Positions 1 through 9,334 of a stretch of 33,244 bases of DNA are shown here, one piece after another. The stretch lies in contig JBJMLQ010000163.1 of assembly GCA_045805225.1 (NCBI GenBank), positions 1 to 33,244 on the forward strand, read 5' to 3'. Each line of letters starts with the position of its first letter. Position 1 is the first letter of the stretch. The translations under genes were made by a program, and so were the position numbers. The stretch comes from Actinomycetota bacterium (GTDB lineage: Bacteria; Actinomycetota; UBA4738; HRBIN12). Under the pieces are notes generated by a model, which saw only the letters and a list, made by a program, of their open reading frames with translations, was not told the DNA's origin and ran no database searches.

Positions 1-425
<425 letters not shown>

Positions 426-688
426 GATTCCGGCCTCGACCGCCGCCCGAAGGCGCCGGTGTTGGCCGTGTTCTTTCGGAGTCGGCCGGCTCGAGAGGCA
501 CCTCGATCCGGCCTTTCCGACCGCCCGTTGCCGGGCGGCGTTATGGAATGTCAGGGCCGAGACACGGCGAACCGCGCCTCGGTCTGACGAGGCACTGGCA
601 TTCACACGCTGTTCAGTTCTCAAGGTACGAACGGCGCACGTATCCCCGCGCGGGAAAGGAAACTCGCGCGGGTGCGCGCCGTTGAAAG

Positions 689-716
689 ATGGTAGCAGTC
701 TCGCCCCAGCCGTCAA
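689..716 (-). promoter_or_regulatory. Candidate rRNA operon promoter (-35 TTGACG, 16-nt spacer, -10 TACCAT)
   Basis: The minus strand reads gcgGTTGACGgctggggcgagactgcTACCATctttcaac. It lies 43 nt downstream of the tyrS stop and about 260 nt upstream of the 16S 5' end. The leader contains two strong hairpins: CCGCCCG-GCAA-CGGGCGG (521-538) and CCCGCGCG...CGCGCGGG (about 640-675). Confidence 0.4.
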
Positions 717-758
717 CCGCGGCTTCCGGGGGGCCCGGGACCGGCTGTGCCGTACGGC

Positions 759-1970
759 TCAACCGATCGAGACGATCCTGGCGAATCTGCGTCGCCCGAC
801 CTGCACGACGCGTCCCAGTAGTGCATCGACGGGCACCTCCAGCGCATCCGGCGCAACGGGTTCGCCGTCGATCCGGACGCCGCCCTGCTCGATCGCCCGG
901 CGCCCCTCGCCGTTGGATGTCACGAGGCCGGCCGCAACCAGCGCCTTGGGGAGCCAGATCTTACCGTCGCGCACCACGTCGGCCGGCAGCGCCACCTCTT
1001 CGGGGTCCTCGGGGGTCTCGTGCGCCCGGAACACCTTGTCGAACGCAGCCTCGGCAGCCTGCCCGGACCCGGGACCGTGGTATCGCTCGACGATGGCGCG
1101 TGCCATCCGGCGCTTCTCGGCGTTCGGGTGGATCGAGCCGTCGGCGAGGCCCGCCACGACGCGCTCGTGGTCGGCGGCGCCGAGGTCGGTGCACAGCAGC
1201 TCGTACTTGGCGATCAGCCCGTCCGGGAGCGACATCAGCTTGCCGAACATCTCGTCGGCCGGCTCGGTCAGGCCCACGTAGTTGTCGAATGACTTCGACA
1301 TCTTGCGGACGCCGTCGAGGCCTTCGATGAGGGGCATCGTGAGTACAGCCTGCGGCTCATGACCGTACGCGCGCTGAACCTCGCGGCCCATCAACAGGTT
1401 GAACGTCTGGTCGGTGCCGCCGAGCTCGATGTCGGCCTCGACCGCGACCGAGTCGTAGCCCTGCAACAGCGGGTAGAGGAATTCCACCACGCTGATCGGC
1501 TGGTTCGCGTGGTATCGCGCCCGGAAGTCTTCGCGTTCGAGCATCTGCGCGATCGTCGTCACCGACGCGAGCCGGATCAAGGCGGCGGCGTCGAGCGCGG
1601 CGAGCCACTCGGCGTTGCGGCGCACGGTCGCACGCTCAACGTCGAGGACGAGGCCGGCCTGCTCGAGATAGCTTCGCGCGTTCGCGTCCGCCTCGTCGGC
1701 GGACAGCATCGGCCGCGTCTCGGACCGGCCCGACGGATCCCCGACGCGCCCGGTGAAGTCCCCCACGATCAAGATCGCCTCGTGCCCCGCCTCGAGGAAC
1801 CGCTGCAGGGCCCCCAGCACGACCGAATGGCCGAGCGTGAGATCGGGCCGGCTAGGATCGATGCCGAGCTTCACGCGGAGCGGACGACCGAGCGCGAGCT
1901 TCGCGTCGAGTCCGTCGGCGGGGATGATCTCGGCGGCGCCGCCTCGGAGGTCATCGAGCTCGCCGGCCAT
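759..1970 (-). CDS. tyrS: Tyrosyl-tRNA synthetase
   Basis: The ORF 759..2048 contains a class I HIGH-type motif (DLTLGH), KMSKS and a C-terminal S4-like domain (GEGRRAIEQGGVRIDG). The start is trimmed to the ATG at 1970 (MAGELDDLRGG...), where similarity to TyrS begins. Confidence 0.95.
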   Translation of the reverse strand: MAGELDDLRGGAAEIIPADGLDAKLALGRPLRVKLGIDPSRPDLTLGHSVVLGALQRFLEAGHEAILIVGDFTGRVGDPSGRSETRPMLSADEADANARSYLEQAGLVLDVERATVRRNAEWLAALDAAALIRLASVTTIAQMLEREDFRARYHANQPISVVEFLYPLLQGYDSVAVEADIELGGTDQTFNLLMGREVQRAYGHEPQAVLTMPLIEGLDGVRKMSKSFDNYVGLTEPADEMFGKLMSLPDGLIAKYELLCTDLGAADHERVVAGLADGSIHPNAEKRRMARAIVERYHGPGSGQAAEAAFDKVFRAHETPEDPEEVALPADVVRDGKIWLPKALVAAGLVTSNGEGRRAIEQGGVRIDGEPVAPDALEVPVDALLGRVVQVGRRRFARIVSIG

Positions 1971-1977
1971 CGCGCGG

Positions 1978-1983
1978 ATGCTA
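1978..1983 (-). promoter_or_regulatory. -10-like box TAGCAT, 7 nt upstream of the tyrS ATG (leaderless-type arrangement)
   Basis: The minus strand reads ggTAGCATccgcgcgATGgcc, with no Shine-Dalgarno sequence between the box and the ATG. Confidence 0.35.
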
Positions 1984-2087
1984 CCAGTGACCTTTCGGCG
2001 GCCTGTCCGGATCGCGCCGTCACAGGATCGGCATATCCACTCGGGCACAAGGTCGCTCCGGCTCCCAGGAACGCCGAGCCCCAGGGG

Positions 2088-2093
2088 TACGCT
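2088..2093 (+). promoter_or_regulatory. -10-like box TACGCT, 7 nt upstream of the PBP ATG (leaderless-type arrangement)
   Basis: The plus strand reads gggTACGCTcgcgccgATGgtgaag. Confidence 0.3.
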
Positions 2094-2100
2094 CGCGCCG

Positions 2101-4326
2101 ATGGTGAAGGCCCGGTGCCTCGCCTTGTTCGTGGTGCTCGCCTTCCTGGCCGGCGCGTGCGACCTTCCCCGCTTGGACGACCAGCGGGAGCGTTCGCTTG
2201 CCCAGACGTCGTCGGTCTACGCGAGCGACGGCTCGCTCATCACCGATCTGCACGCGACCGAGAACCGGGTCGTCCTCACCGAGGATCAGATGCCGCGATC
2301 GGTCCGCGACGCCACGGTCGCGATCGAGGATCGCCGCTTCTACGACCACGGCGGAGTGGACCTGTTCGCGCTCGCGCGCGCGCTCGCCGTCGACATCGGC
2401 CAAGGCGGCCTCGTCGAGGGTGGGTCCACGATCACGCAGCAACTGGTGAAGAACCTCTATACGGGCGACGCGCAGAACCTCCGCCGCAAGATCGACGAGG
2501 CGGCGCTCGCCCTGCAGATGGAGCACCGGTTCACCAAGGACGAGATCCTCACCGACTACCTGAACACCGTCTACTTCGGCGAGGGCGCGTACGGGATCGA
2601 AGCGGCCGCGGAGACGTACTTCGGGATCCACGCGAGCGAGCTCGACCTATCCGAGTCGGCCACCCTCGCCGGGCTGATCTCCGCACCGAACCACTTCGAT
2701 CCGTTCGTGCGGCCGGACTCCGCCGAGGGCCGGCGCAACGTGGTGCTCCGGATCATGGATCAGATGGGCACGATCACGCACGACGAGCACGTCCAGGCGC
2801 GACGCGAGCCGATCGACGTCGTCCACAGCGCCAGCCAGGACCGCTATCCGTTCCCGTACTTCGTCGACTACTTCAAGCGGTGGTTCTTGTCCAATCCCGC
2901 GTTCGGCAAGACGTATGACGACCGGTATCGGTTGCTCTTCACCGGAGGCCTCCGCATCACGACCACGCTGGATCCCGCTATCCAGGCCGCGGGCGAGAAC
3001 GCCGTGCGCCAGGTCTTGCGCTACCCCGGAGATCCCGACGCCGCGATCACGGTCGTCGATCCGCGCACCGGTTACGTGCGGGCGATGATCGGCGGCAAGG
3101 ACCGCGACTACTGGAGCAACACCGGCGCGGGCCGGGTGAACCTCGCGACGGACGCGGGGGGCTCCGGACGCCAGACGGGGTCGGCGTTCAAGGCGTTCGC
3201 GCTCGTCGCCGCGCTGGAGCATGGGTACTCGCCGGACTCGACGTTCGCGGCGCCGGCGTCGATATCGCTGCCCCTGCCGGGCGGCGGCACCTGGAACGTG
3301 ACGAACGCCGAGGGTCAGGGCTACGGCACGCTGAGCCTCCGCACGGCGACCGAGGACTCCGTCAACACGGTGTACGCGCAGCTGATCCAGCAGCTCGGAG
3401 CGGACACCGTCGTGCGCACCGCCGAGACGATGGGGATGCGGTGCTGCGTGAACGTGGGCGAGCCGACCAAGCCTCTGTTGGCCGTCGACAGCGCCGTCCT
3501 CGGCTCGAACGAAGCGAACACGCTTGAGATGGCGAGCGCGTACGGCACCCTTGCCACGGGCGGACGGCGCGTCGATCCGGTGCCCGTCGAGTCCGTCGTC
3601 GGCCCCGACGGCTCGGTGCTGTGGCAGGCCGATCCGAAGCCGGACCAGGTGGTCGACCCGCAGGTCGCCGCCGCCGCCGACGACATCTTGCAAGACGTCG
3701 TGTTGTACGGCACCGGCACCGCCGCGAACCTCGGCCGGCCGCAGATCGGCAAGACCGGGACCGACGACAACCACGACAACGCGTGGTTCGTCGGCGCGGT
3801 GCCGCAGCTGACGGCGGCCGTGTGGGTGGGGTTCCACGAGGGTCAGATCCCGATGGAGCCGCCACGCACGCGGATCACGGTGTTCGGGGGGACGTGGCCG
3901 GCACAGATCTGGCGCCTCCTGATGGAGAAGGCGACCGCGGCGCTTCCGCCCGAGGCGTTCCCGACGCCGGAGGTGCATTACGTGACCGTGTCCGTCGACA
4001 TCACGCAGGAGCCGGCGTGCTTGCCGAACGAGTTCACGCCACCGAACCACATCGAGAGCCTCAACTACGTCGCCGGCACGGAGCCGACGCAGACGTGCAC
4101 CTCACCGACATCGCTGCAAAGCGTCCTCGTTCCATCGGTGATCGGGTTCGATGAGGAACGCGCGACGGCCGCGCTGACGCAGGCGGGCTTCTATGTTCGG
4201 AGCGTGTCGGAGGCGTCCACACAGCCGGCCGGAACGGTGATCTACCAGGACCCCGCCGCGGGCACGTCGAAGCAGCAGACAAGCACCGTCACGATCACCG
4301 TCGCCCGGCCGCCCGCCGGGGCGTAG
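2101..4326 (+). CDS. Class A penicillin-binding protein (GT51 transglycosylase plus transpeptidase) with a C-terminal PASTA domain
   Basis: GT51 motifs are present: AIEDRRFYDHGGVD, GGSTITQQLVKN and RKIDEAALALQME. Transpeptidase motifs are SxxK (TGSAFKAF), SxN (DSVNT) and KTG (GKTGTDDN). The C-terminal PASTA-like segment is VPSVIGFDEERATAALTQAGFYVRSV...TVTITV. The start is trimmed to the ATG at 2101 (MVKARCLALFVVLAFLAGACDL, a hydrophobic signal or anchor). Confidence 0.9.
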   Translation: MVKARCLALFVVLAFLAGACDLPRLDDQRERSLAQTSSVYASDGSLITDLHATENRVVLTEDQMPRSVRDATVAIEDRRFYDHGGVDLFALARALAVDIGQGGLVEGGSTITQQLVKNLYTGDAQNLRRKIDEAALALQMEHRFTKDEILTDYLNTVYFGEGAYGIEAAAETYFGIHASELDLSESATLAGLISAPNHFDPFVRPDSAEGRRNVVLRIMDQMGTITHDEHVQARREPIDVVHSASQDRYPFPYFVDYFKRWFLSNPAFGKTYDDRYRLLFTGGLRITTTLDPAIQAAGENAVRQVLRYPGDPDAAITVVDPRTGYVRAMIGGKDRDYWSNTGAGRVNLATDAGGSGRQTGSAFKAFALVAALEHGYSPDSTFAAPASISLPLPGGGTWNVTNAEGQGYGTLSLRTATEDSVNTVYAQLIQQLGADTVVRTAETMGMRCCVNVGEPTKPLLAVDSAVLGSNEANTLEMASAYGTLATGGRRVDPVPVESVVGPDGSVLWQADPKPDQVVDPQVAAAADDILQDVVLYGTGTAANLGRPQIGKTGTDDNHDNAWFVGAVPQLTAAVWVGFHEGQIPMEPPRTRITVFGGTWPAQIWRLLMEKATAALPPEAFPTPEVHYVTVSVDITQEPACLPNEFTPPNHIESLNYVAGTEPTQTCTSPTSLQSVLVPSVIGFDEERATAALTQAGFYVRSVSEASTQPAGTVIYQDPAAGTSKQQTSTVTITVARPPAGA

Positions 4327-4906
4327 GCGTCGTCGTCCACCGGGAGCCGGCCTCCAGCCAACGCCACGGACGATCCGTCGCGACGGAGATGCCCACGCGA
4401 GCGGTGACGTCCAGTCGCGACGGCGCCACAGGTGTTCCGGGCTCGATCCACAACGCGTCCGATGTCAGCAGGTCGATCCCGTCGAGCGACCGGTCCACCG
4501 CGAGCGCCTGTGCCAGCCGGCCGGGGCCGCGGCAGAGCGCGCGTGCGTCGGTCACGCCGCGGTTCGCCTCCAACATCGGGAGGTTCTCCAACGGTTCGGC
4601 CGCTCGAAGAAGGACCGCCGAGGCCGGCCCAGGCCCGCCGGTGACCACGTTCAGGCAGTGGTGCAACCCGTAGATCAGATAGACGTACAGGTGCCCGGCG
4701 GGACCGAACATGCTGCGGTTGCGCGCGGTCTGCCCGCGGAACGAGTGGCTCGCCGGGTCGTCCGAGCGATAGGCCTCGGTCTCCACGATCCGAACCCGCG
4801 CCTGCGACCCGTCGGAGAATCGCCGCACGAGGTGTCGGCCGATCAGCGCCGGGGCGACGGCCGTCGACGGCCGGTCGAACCATCGACGCGTGAGCGCCGC
4901 CGCCAC
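4295..4906 (-). CDS. mpg: DNA-3-methyladenine glycosylase (AAG/Mpg family)
   Basis: The sequence VETEAYRSDDPASHSFRGQTARNRSMFGPAGHLYVYLIYGLHHCLNVV is typical of the Mpg family. It has a GTG start 5 nt after the argF stop. Its 3' end overlaps the convergent PBP gene by 32 nt. Confidence 0.88.
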   Translation of the reverse strand: MAAALTRRWFDRPSTAVAPALIGRHLVRRFSDGSQARVRIVETEAYRSDDPASHSFRGQTARNRSMFGPAGHLYVYLIYGLHHCLNVVTGGPGPASAVLLRAAEPLENLPMLEANRGVTDARALCRGPGRLAQALAVDRSLDGIDLLTSDALWIEPGTPVAPSRLDVTARVGISVATDRPWRWLEAGSRWTTTPTPRRAAGRR

Positions 4907-4911
4907 CGCGA

Positions 4912-5832
4912 TCAGGCCAGGCCGAACAGGAAGACGAGCAACGCCTTCTGTGTGTGCAGGCGGTTCTCCGCCTGGTCGAAGACCACCGAACGATCACCGT
5001 CGATCGCGCGGTCGGAGATCTCCTCTCCGCGGTGCGCAGGCAGACAGTGCATCACGAGGACACCCTCGTCGGCCGCCTCGATCAAGCTCTCGTTGAGCTG
5101 GTAGGGCCGGAAGATCAACGCCCGCTCCTCGACCTCGGCCTCCTGGCCCATGCTCGCCCAGACGTCGGTATACAGGACGTGGGCGCCCGACGCGGCCGCC
5201 GCCGGATCGGTGCCGACCTCGATCGAGCCGCCGGTCTGGGCGGCGATCTCCTCGGCGCGCGCGACGATCTGCGGGATGGGCTCGAACCCCACCGGGGTCG
5301 CGACACGCACCGTCATCGCCGCCTTCGCGCCGGCGAGCAGCAGCGAGTGCGCAACGTTGTTCCCGTCACCGACGTACGTGAGGACGCGCCCGGCGACGCC
5401 GCCGAGGTGCTCGTCGATGGTCAGCAGGTCGGCGAGCGCCTGGCACGGGTGCTCGAAGTCCGACAACGCGTTCACCACGGGGACCGAGGCCGCGTCCGCG
5501 AGCGCCTCGAGCCGCTCTTGCTCGAACGTGCGGAGCACGATCGCATCGACGTAGCGCGAGAGCACGCGGCCCGTGTCCTCGATCGTCTCCCCGCGGCCGA
5601 GCTGCAGGTCGCCGGACGACAGCGTGATCGGGTGCCCGCCGAGCTGCGCGATCCCCACCTCGAACGACACGCGGGTCCGGGTCGAGGACTTCTCGAAGAT
5701 CAGCGCCACCGAGCGACCCGCGAACGCGTCCGCGTGCATCTGCCGGTCGGCCTTGAGCTTTCCCGCAAGCGACAGTACGGATGCGAGCTCGGGCGCCGAC
5801 AGGTCGTCGACGGACAGGTAGTCACGGGCCAT
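4912..5832 (-). CDS. argF: Ornithine carbamoyltransferase
   Basis: Motifs STRTR, SDFEHPCQALAD, DVWASMG and HCLPAHRGEE are present. The start is trimmed to the ATG at 5832 (MARDYLSVDDL), giving 306 aa. The upstream part of ORF 4912..6369 is out-of-frame read-through into pheT. Confidence 0.88.
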   Translation of the reverse strand: MARDYLSVDDLSAPELASVLSLAGKLKADRQMHADAFAGRSVALIFEKSSTRTRVSFEVGIAQLGGHPITLSSGDLQLGRGETIEDTGRVLSRYVDAIVLRTFEQERLEALADAASVPVVNALSDFEHPCQALADLLTIDEHLGGVAGRVLTYVGDGNNVAHSLLLAGAKAAMTVRVATPVGFEPIPQIVARAEEIAAQTGGSIEVGTDPAAAASGAHVLYTDVWASMGQEAEVEERALIFRPYQLNESLIEAADEGVLVMHCLPAHRGEEISDRAIDGDRSVVFDQAENRLHTQKALLVFLFGLA

Positions 5833-5840
5833 GGCGCCCG

Positions 5841-5846
5841 AGTGTA
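5841..5846 (-). promoter_or_regulatory. -10-like box TACACT, 8 nt upstream of the argF ATG (leaderless-type arrangement)
   Basis: The minus strand reads cgcacTACACTcgggcgccATGgcc. Confidence 0.3.
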
Positions 5847-5867
5847 GTGCGAGACCTGCGGCTGGCG

Positions 5868-8246
5868 TCAGCCGGTGCGCAGACGCGCGCCGAACCGGTC
5901 CGCGACGGCTCCGACCATCCGGTCGACCACTGCCTGCGCCTCCTCGTCGGTGAGGGTGCGGTCCGGTGCGCGAAGCGCGACGGCGAACGCGAGCGAGCGG
6001 GTGCCGGGCTCGAGCGGTGCGCCTTCGAACACGTCGAACAAGGTGCACGTGTCGACCGAAGGCGCCCCTGCTTCCACCAGCGCCGTCCGCACCTCCGCGA
6101 ACGGCACGTCCTCGGGCACCACGAACGCGAGATCGCGACGCACGGGCGGGAACCGCGGCGCGTCGCGGAACGTGGACCCGTGCTCTTCGGCCGCCGCGCG
6201 AAGCGACGCGAGACCGAGCGCGCAGGCGGCGACGCGGCCATCGATCTCGAGGGAAGCGGCGACGCGCGGGTGGATCTCGCCGACGACGCCGAGATGTGTG
6301 CCGTCGACCGACACCCGCGCCGAGCGGCCCGGGTGGAACGGGCCGCCGGCATCCGGCTCGAGCCGCCACCCTGCCACGCCGAGGTCGGCGAGGACCCCTT
6401 CCACGATCCCGGTGGCGTCGAGCACGTCGAACGGCCGGTGGGGCGAGGACCAGTCCGTCGACGACGGTCCGCCCATCGCGAAACCGAGCTTGGACTGCTC
6501 GCGGAACGGATCGCCCGATCGGAACGTGGTGCCGACCTCGAACAGCGCGATCTGCGCGACGCCGCGCGCCTGGTTGCGCGCCACCGCGTGCAACAGCCCG
6601 GGCGTGAGCCGCGTCCGGAGGTATCCCTCTTCGGCACGGAGCGGATTCGCGACGGCGATCGCATCGTCGTCGCCGAACAACGCGAGATCGTCGGCCGACG
6701 CGAACGGCGCCGGGCGGATCTCCCGCAGGCCCGCGCGCACGAGCGCGTCCTTGGCCCGCGCGAGGAACGCGAGATCGTCCGGGATCCCACCGCGATGCGG
6801 CGCGCGCGGCAGGTCCGTGGCGACACGCTCGTAGCCCTGGACCCGTACGACCTCTTCGATGAGGTCGACCTCGCGATCGATATCCGTCCGATAGCCCGGC
6901 ACCTCGACCTCGATCGCGTCACCGGCGGGTCGGTTCGCCATGCCCAACGTGTCGAAGACAGCGGCGGCGTCCGCCGACGTGACCGGGTAGCCGAGGAGTG
7001 TGCCGGCGCGCGACGGGCGCATCGAGACCCAGCGGCGGCGCGACGGGGCGCCCGCTTCGCTGACGCCGCGCGCCGCCGTTCCGCCCGCCCAGGCGGTCAT
7101 CAGCTGCGCGCATCGCGCCGCCGCCCGCTCGAGCCCCTCGGGATCGGTGCCACGCTCGAACCGGTGCGACGCCTCGGAATGCAGATCGAGCCGTCGCGCG
7201 GTCAACAGGACGCCGCCGCGGGTGAAGCAGGCGCTCTCGAGCAAGACGTCCCTCGTCTCGGGGGTGACCTCGGAGGTCTGGCCGCCCATCACCCCCGCGA
7301 TCGCCACGGGACCGTCGGCGTCGCAGATCAGCAGGTCGCCGCCGGTCAACGACCGCTCGACGCCGTCGAGGGTCCGCATGCGCTCGCCATCGGCGGCACG
7401 ACGCACGACGATCGCCGGTCCGGCGAGCCGCGCGAGGTCGAAGCCGTGCAGCGGCTGGCCGAGCTCGAGCATCGTGTAGTTGGTCGCGTCGACGACGGCG
7501 TCGATGGGCCGCATGCCGGCGGCCGTCAAGCGCGCCTGCGTGCGCAGCGGGGACGGCCGGTGCTCGACCCCGCGCACGAGCCGCGCGACGTACCGCGGGC
7601 AGGCGTCGAGCGCCGCGATCGTCACCGACACGACGTCAGCGACGGCTTCGTCGGTCTCGTCGACGACGGGCTCGGGAACCTCCAGGAGCACATCGGTCGC
7701 GGCCGCAACCTCCCGGGCGACCCCGAGCACCGAGAGGAAGTCCGGGCGGTTCGGCTCAACCTCGATGTCGAGGACCGGCTGGTCGAGCTCGAGGGCGTGT
7801 GCGAGATCGGTGCCGACCTCCAGACCTGCGTCGTTCAGGATGAGGATGCCCTCGTGATCGCCGCTGATCGCCAGCTCGCGCGGTGAGCAGAGCATCCCTT
7901 CGGACACCACGCCACGGATCTCCCGCCTGCCGAGCGGCTCGTCCAACACCGGGACGCGCGCGCCCGGCGGCGCCCAGGGCACGAGGTCGCCGGCGACCAT
8001 GTTCCGCACGCCGACCACGAGCTCAACCTCGCCGCCGCCCGGTTGGATCCGGGCGATACAGAGCTTGTCGGACCGAGGATGGTCGCGCACCTCTACGACA
8101 CGGACGACGACGACCCCGTCGAGTCCCGACCACGGGCGCACGACTCCCTCGACCTTGACCCCTCGATGGGTCATGACGTCTGCGAGCTCGTCGACCGGCA
8201 TGTCGGTCGGCGCGAACTCCCGCAGCCACGCGAGGGGCACCCTCAC
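5868..8246 (-). CDS. pheT: Phenylalanyl-tRNA synthetase beta subunit
   Basis: The N-terminus (M)RVPLAWLREF... is typical of PheT, and it carries a tRNA-binding domain (GVVSEGMLCS). The product is 792 aa. The GTG start at 8246 overlaps the pheS TGA (GTGA). Confidence 0.95.
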   Translation of the reverse strand: MRVPLAWLREFAPTDMPVDELADVMTHRGVKVEGVVRPWSGLDGVVVVRVVEVRDHPRSDKLCIARIQPGGGEVELVVGVRNMVAGDLVPWAPPGARVPVLDEPLGRREIRGVVSEGMLCSPRELAISGDHEGILILNDAGLEVGTDLAHALELDQPVLDIEVEPNRPDFLSVLGVAREVAAATDVLLEVPEPVVDETDEAVADVVSVTIAALDACPRYVARLVRGVEHRPSPLRTQARLTAAGMRPIDAVVDATNYTMLELGQPLHGFDLARLAGPAIVVRRAADGERMRTLDGVERSLTGGDLLICDADGPVAIAGVMGGQTSEVTPETRDVLLESACFTRGGVLLTARRLDLHSEASHRFERGTDPEGLERAAARCAQLMTAWAGGTAARGVSEAGAPSRRRWVSMRPSRAGTLLGYPVTSADAAAVFDTLGMANRPAGDAIEVEVPGYRTDIDREVDLIEEVVRVQGYERVATDLPRAPHRGGIPDDLAFLARAKDALVRAGLREIRPAPFASADDLALFGDDDAIAVANPLRAEEGYLRTRLTPGLLHAVARNQARGVAQIALFEVGTTFRSGDPFREQSKLGFAMGGPSSTDWSSPHRPFDVLDATGIVEGVLADLGVAGWRLEPDAGGPFHPGRSARVSVDGTHLGVVGEIHPRVAASLEIDGRVAACALGLASLRAAAEEHGSTFRDAPRFPPVRRDLAFVVPEDVPFAEVRTALVEAGAPSVDTCTLFDVFEGAPLEPGTRSLAFAVALRAPDRTLTDEEAQAVVDRMVGAVADRFGARLRTG

Positions 8247-9298
8247 GGCGTCACACCGAACTGCTCGAGGAACCGGATGTCGCCGTCGATCAGCATCCGC
8301 ATATCGGGGATCGCGTAGCGCAACAGGGCGACACGCTCGACGCCGAGACCGAACGCGAAGCCGGTGTACCGCTCGGCGTCGTAGCCGCAGTTCTCCAGGA
8401 CGGTCGGGTGCACCATCCCCGCGCCGAGCAGCTCGATCCAGCCGTTCCCGCACACGTTGCAGCCGGCTCCGTCACACCGGAAGCAGCTCACACCGACCTC
8501 GGCGCCGGGCTCGACGAAGGGGAAGTACGCCGGTCCGAGCCGGATCCGCCGCCGCTCGCCGAACAACGCGCGTGCCATCACCTCGAGCGTCCCCTTGAGA
8601 TGCGCGAACGTGATGCCCTCGTCGACGACCAGGCACTCGACCTGGGTGAAGACGGGCAGATGGGTCGCGTCTGCCGTCTCTCGCCGGTAGACCCGCCCCG
8701 GCGACACGATGTACACCGGCGGCGCCTGCGACTGCATCGTGCGGATCTGCGCGGCCGACGTCTCGGTTCGCAGCAGCAGCTCCGGATGCCCGGGGATCGC
8801 GACGTAGAGCGAGTCCTTCATCGTGCGGGCGGGATGATCGGGCGGGATATTCAGCGCTTGGAAGTTGTGCCAGTCATCCTCGATCTCGGGACCACCGACC
8901 ACACGGAAACCGAGCGACGTGAAGACGTCGACGATCTCGCGTTCGACGAGGGTGAGCGGGTGCAACGACCCCGGACGCGGACGGCGGCCCGGCAGCGTGA
9001 TGTCGATCCGATCGGCCGCGAGCTGCTCGCGTTCGGCGGCGGCGCCGAGCTCCTCCTGTCGCGCCTCGAGCGTCGCGACGAGGTCGGCCCGGATCGCGTT
9101 GACCCGAGCGCCGACCTCACGGCGGTCGCCGTCGGGAAGCGTGCCGAGCGCGCGTTGGAGCTGCCCGAAGGCGGACTTCCTGCCGAGAACCGTGACCTGC
9201 GCGGCCTCGAGCTCGTCGATCGTGGCGGCCTCGGTGAGCGCCGCACGACCGCGCGCGTGCTCGTCATCGAGCGCGCGCAACAGCTCGGCAGCGTCCAT
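8243..9298 (-). CDS. pheS: Phenylalanyl-tRNA synthetase alpha subunit
   Basis: Class II aaRS motifs are present (HPARTMKDSLY, FRRETADATHLPVFTQVE, GAGMVHP...GFAFGLGVERV). The ATG at 9298 is preferred over the TTG at 9316 because a TAGACT box sits 8 nt upstream of it. Confidence 0.93.
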   Translation of the reverse strand: MDAAELLRALDDEHARGRAALTEAATIDELEAAQVTVLGRKSAFGQLQRALGTLPDGDRREVGARVNAIRADLVATLEARQEELGAAAEREQLAADRIDITLPGRRPRPGSLHPLTLVEREIVDVFTSLGFRVVGGPEIEDDWHNFQALNIPPDHPARTMKDSLYVAIPGHPELLLRTETSAAQIRTMQSQAPPVYIVSPGRVYRRETADATHLPVFTQVECLVVDEGITFAHLKGTLEVMARALFGERRRIRLGPAYFPFVEPGAEVGVSCFRCDGAGCNVCGNGWIELLGAGMVHPTVLENCGYDAERYTGFAFGLGVERVALLRYAIPDMRMLIDGDIRFLEQFGVTP

Positions 9299-9306
9299 GG
9301 CGGGCG

Positions 9307-9312
9307 AGTCTA
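9307..9312 (-). promoter_or_regulatory. -10-like box TAGACT, 8 nt upstream of the pheS ATG (leaderless-type arrangement)
   Basis: The minus strand reads gttgtTAGACTcgcccgccATGgac. Confidence 0.35.
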
Positions 9313-9334
9313 ACAACCGCCTTCTGGGCGCCCG

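Noticed and set aside
4912-6369. Long N-terminal extensions in the ORF track. Examples are argF at 485 aa, ribBA at 592 aa, pyrF at 649 aa, pyrD at 642 aa, carB at 1167 aa, rpe at 288 aa, rpmI at 97 aa and tyrS at 429 aa.
   Set aside because: The extensions are Arg/Pro-rich read-through into the upstream gene's coding region in another frame. In each case family similarity begins at an internal ATG or GTG, which often overlaps the upstream stop codon, so the starts were trimmed.
5781-7886. A 701-aa plus-strand ORF antisense to pheT, plus several nested 200-370-aa ORFs in both orientations (for example 5822..6922, 5875..6834, 5966..6607).
   Set aside because: These are GC-driven open frames opposite or out of frame with a clear PheT gene. 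Their compositions are dominated by R/A/P/G/S and they carry no motifs.
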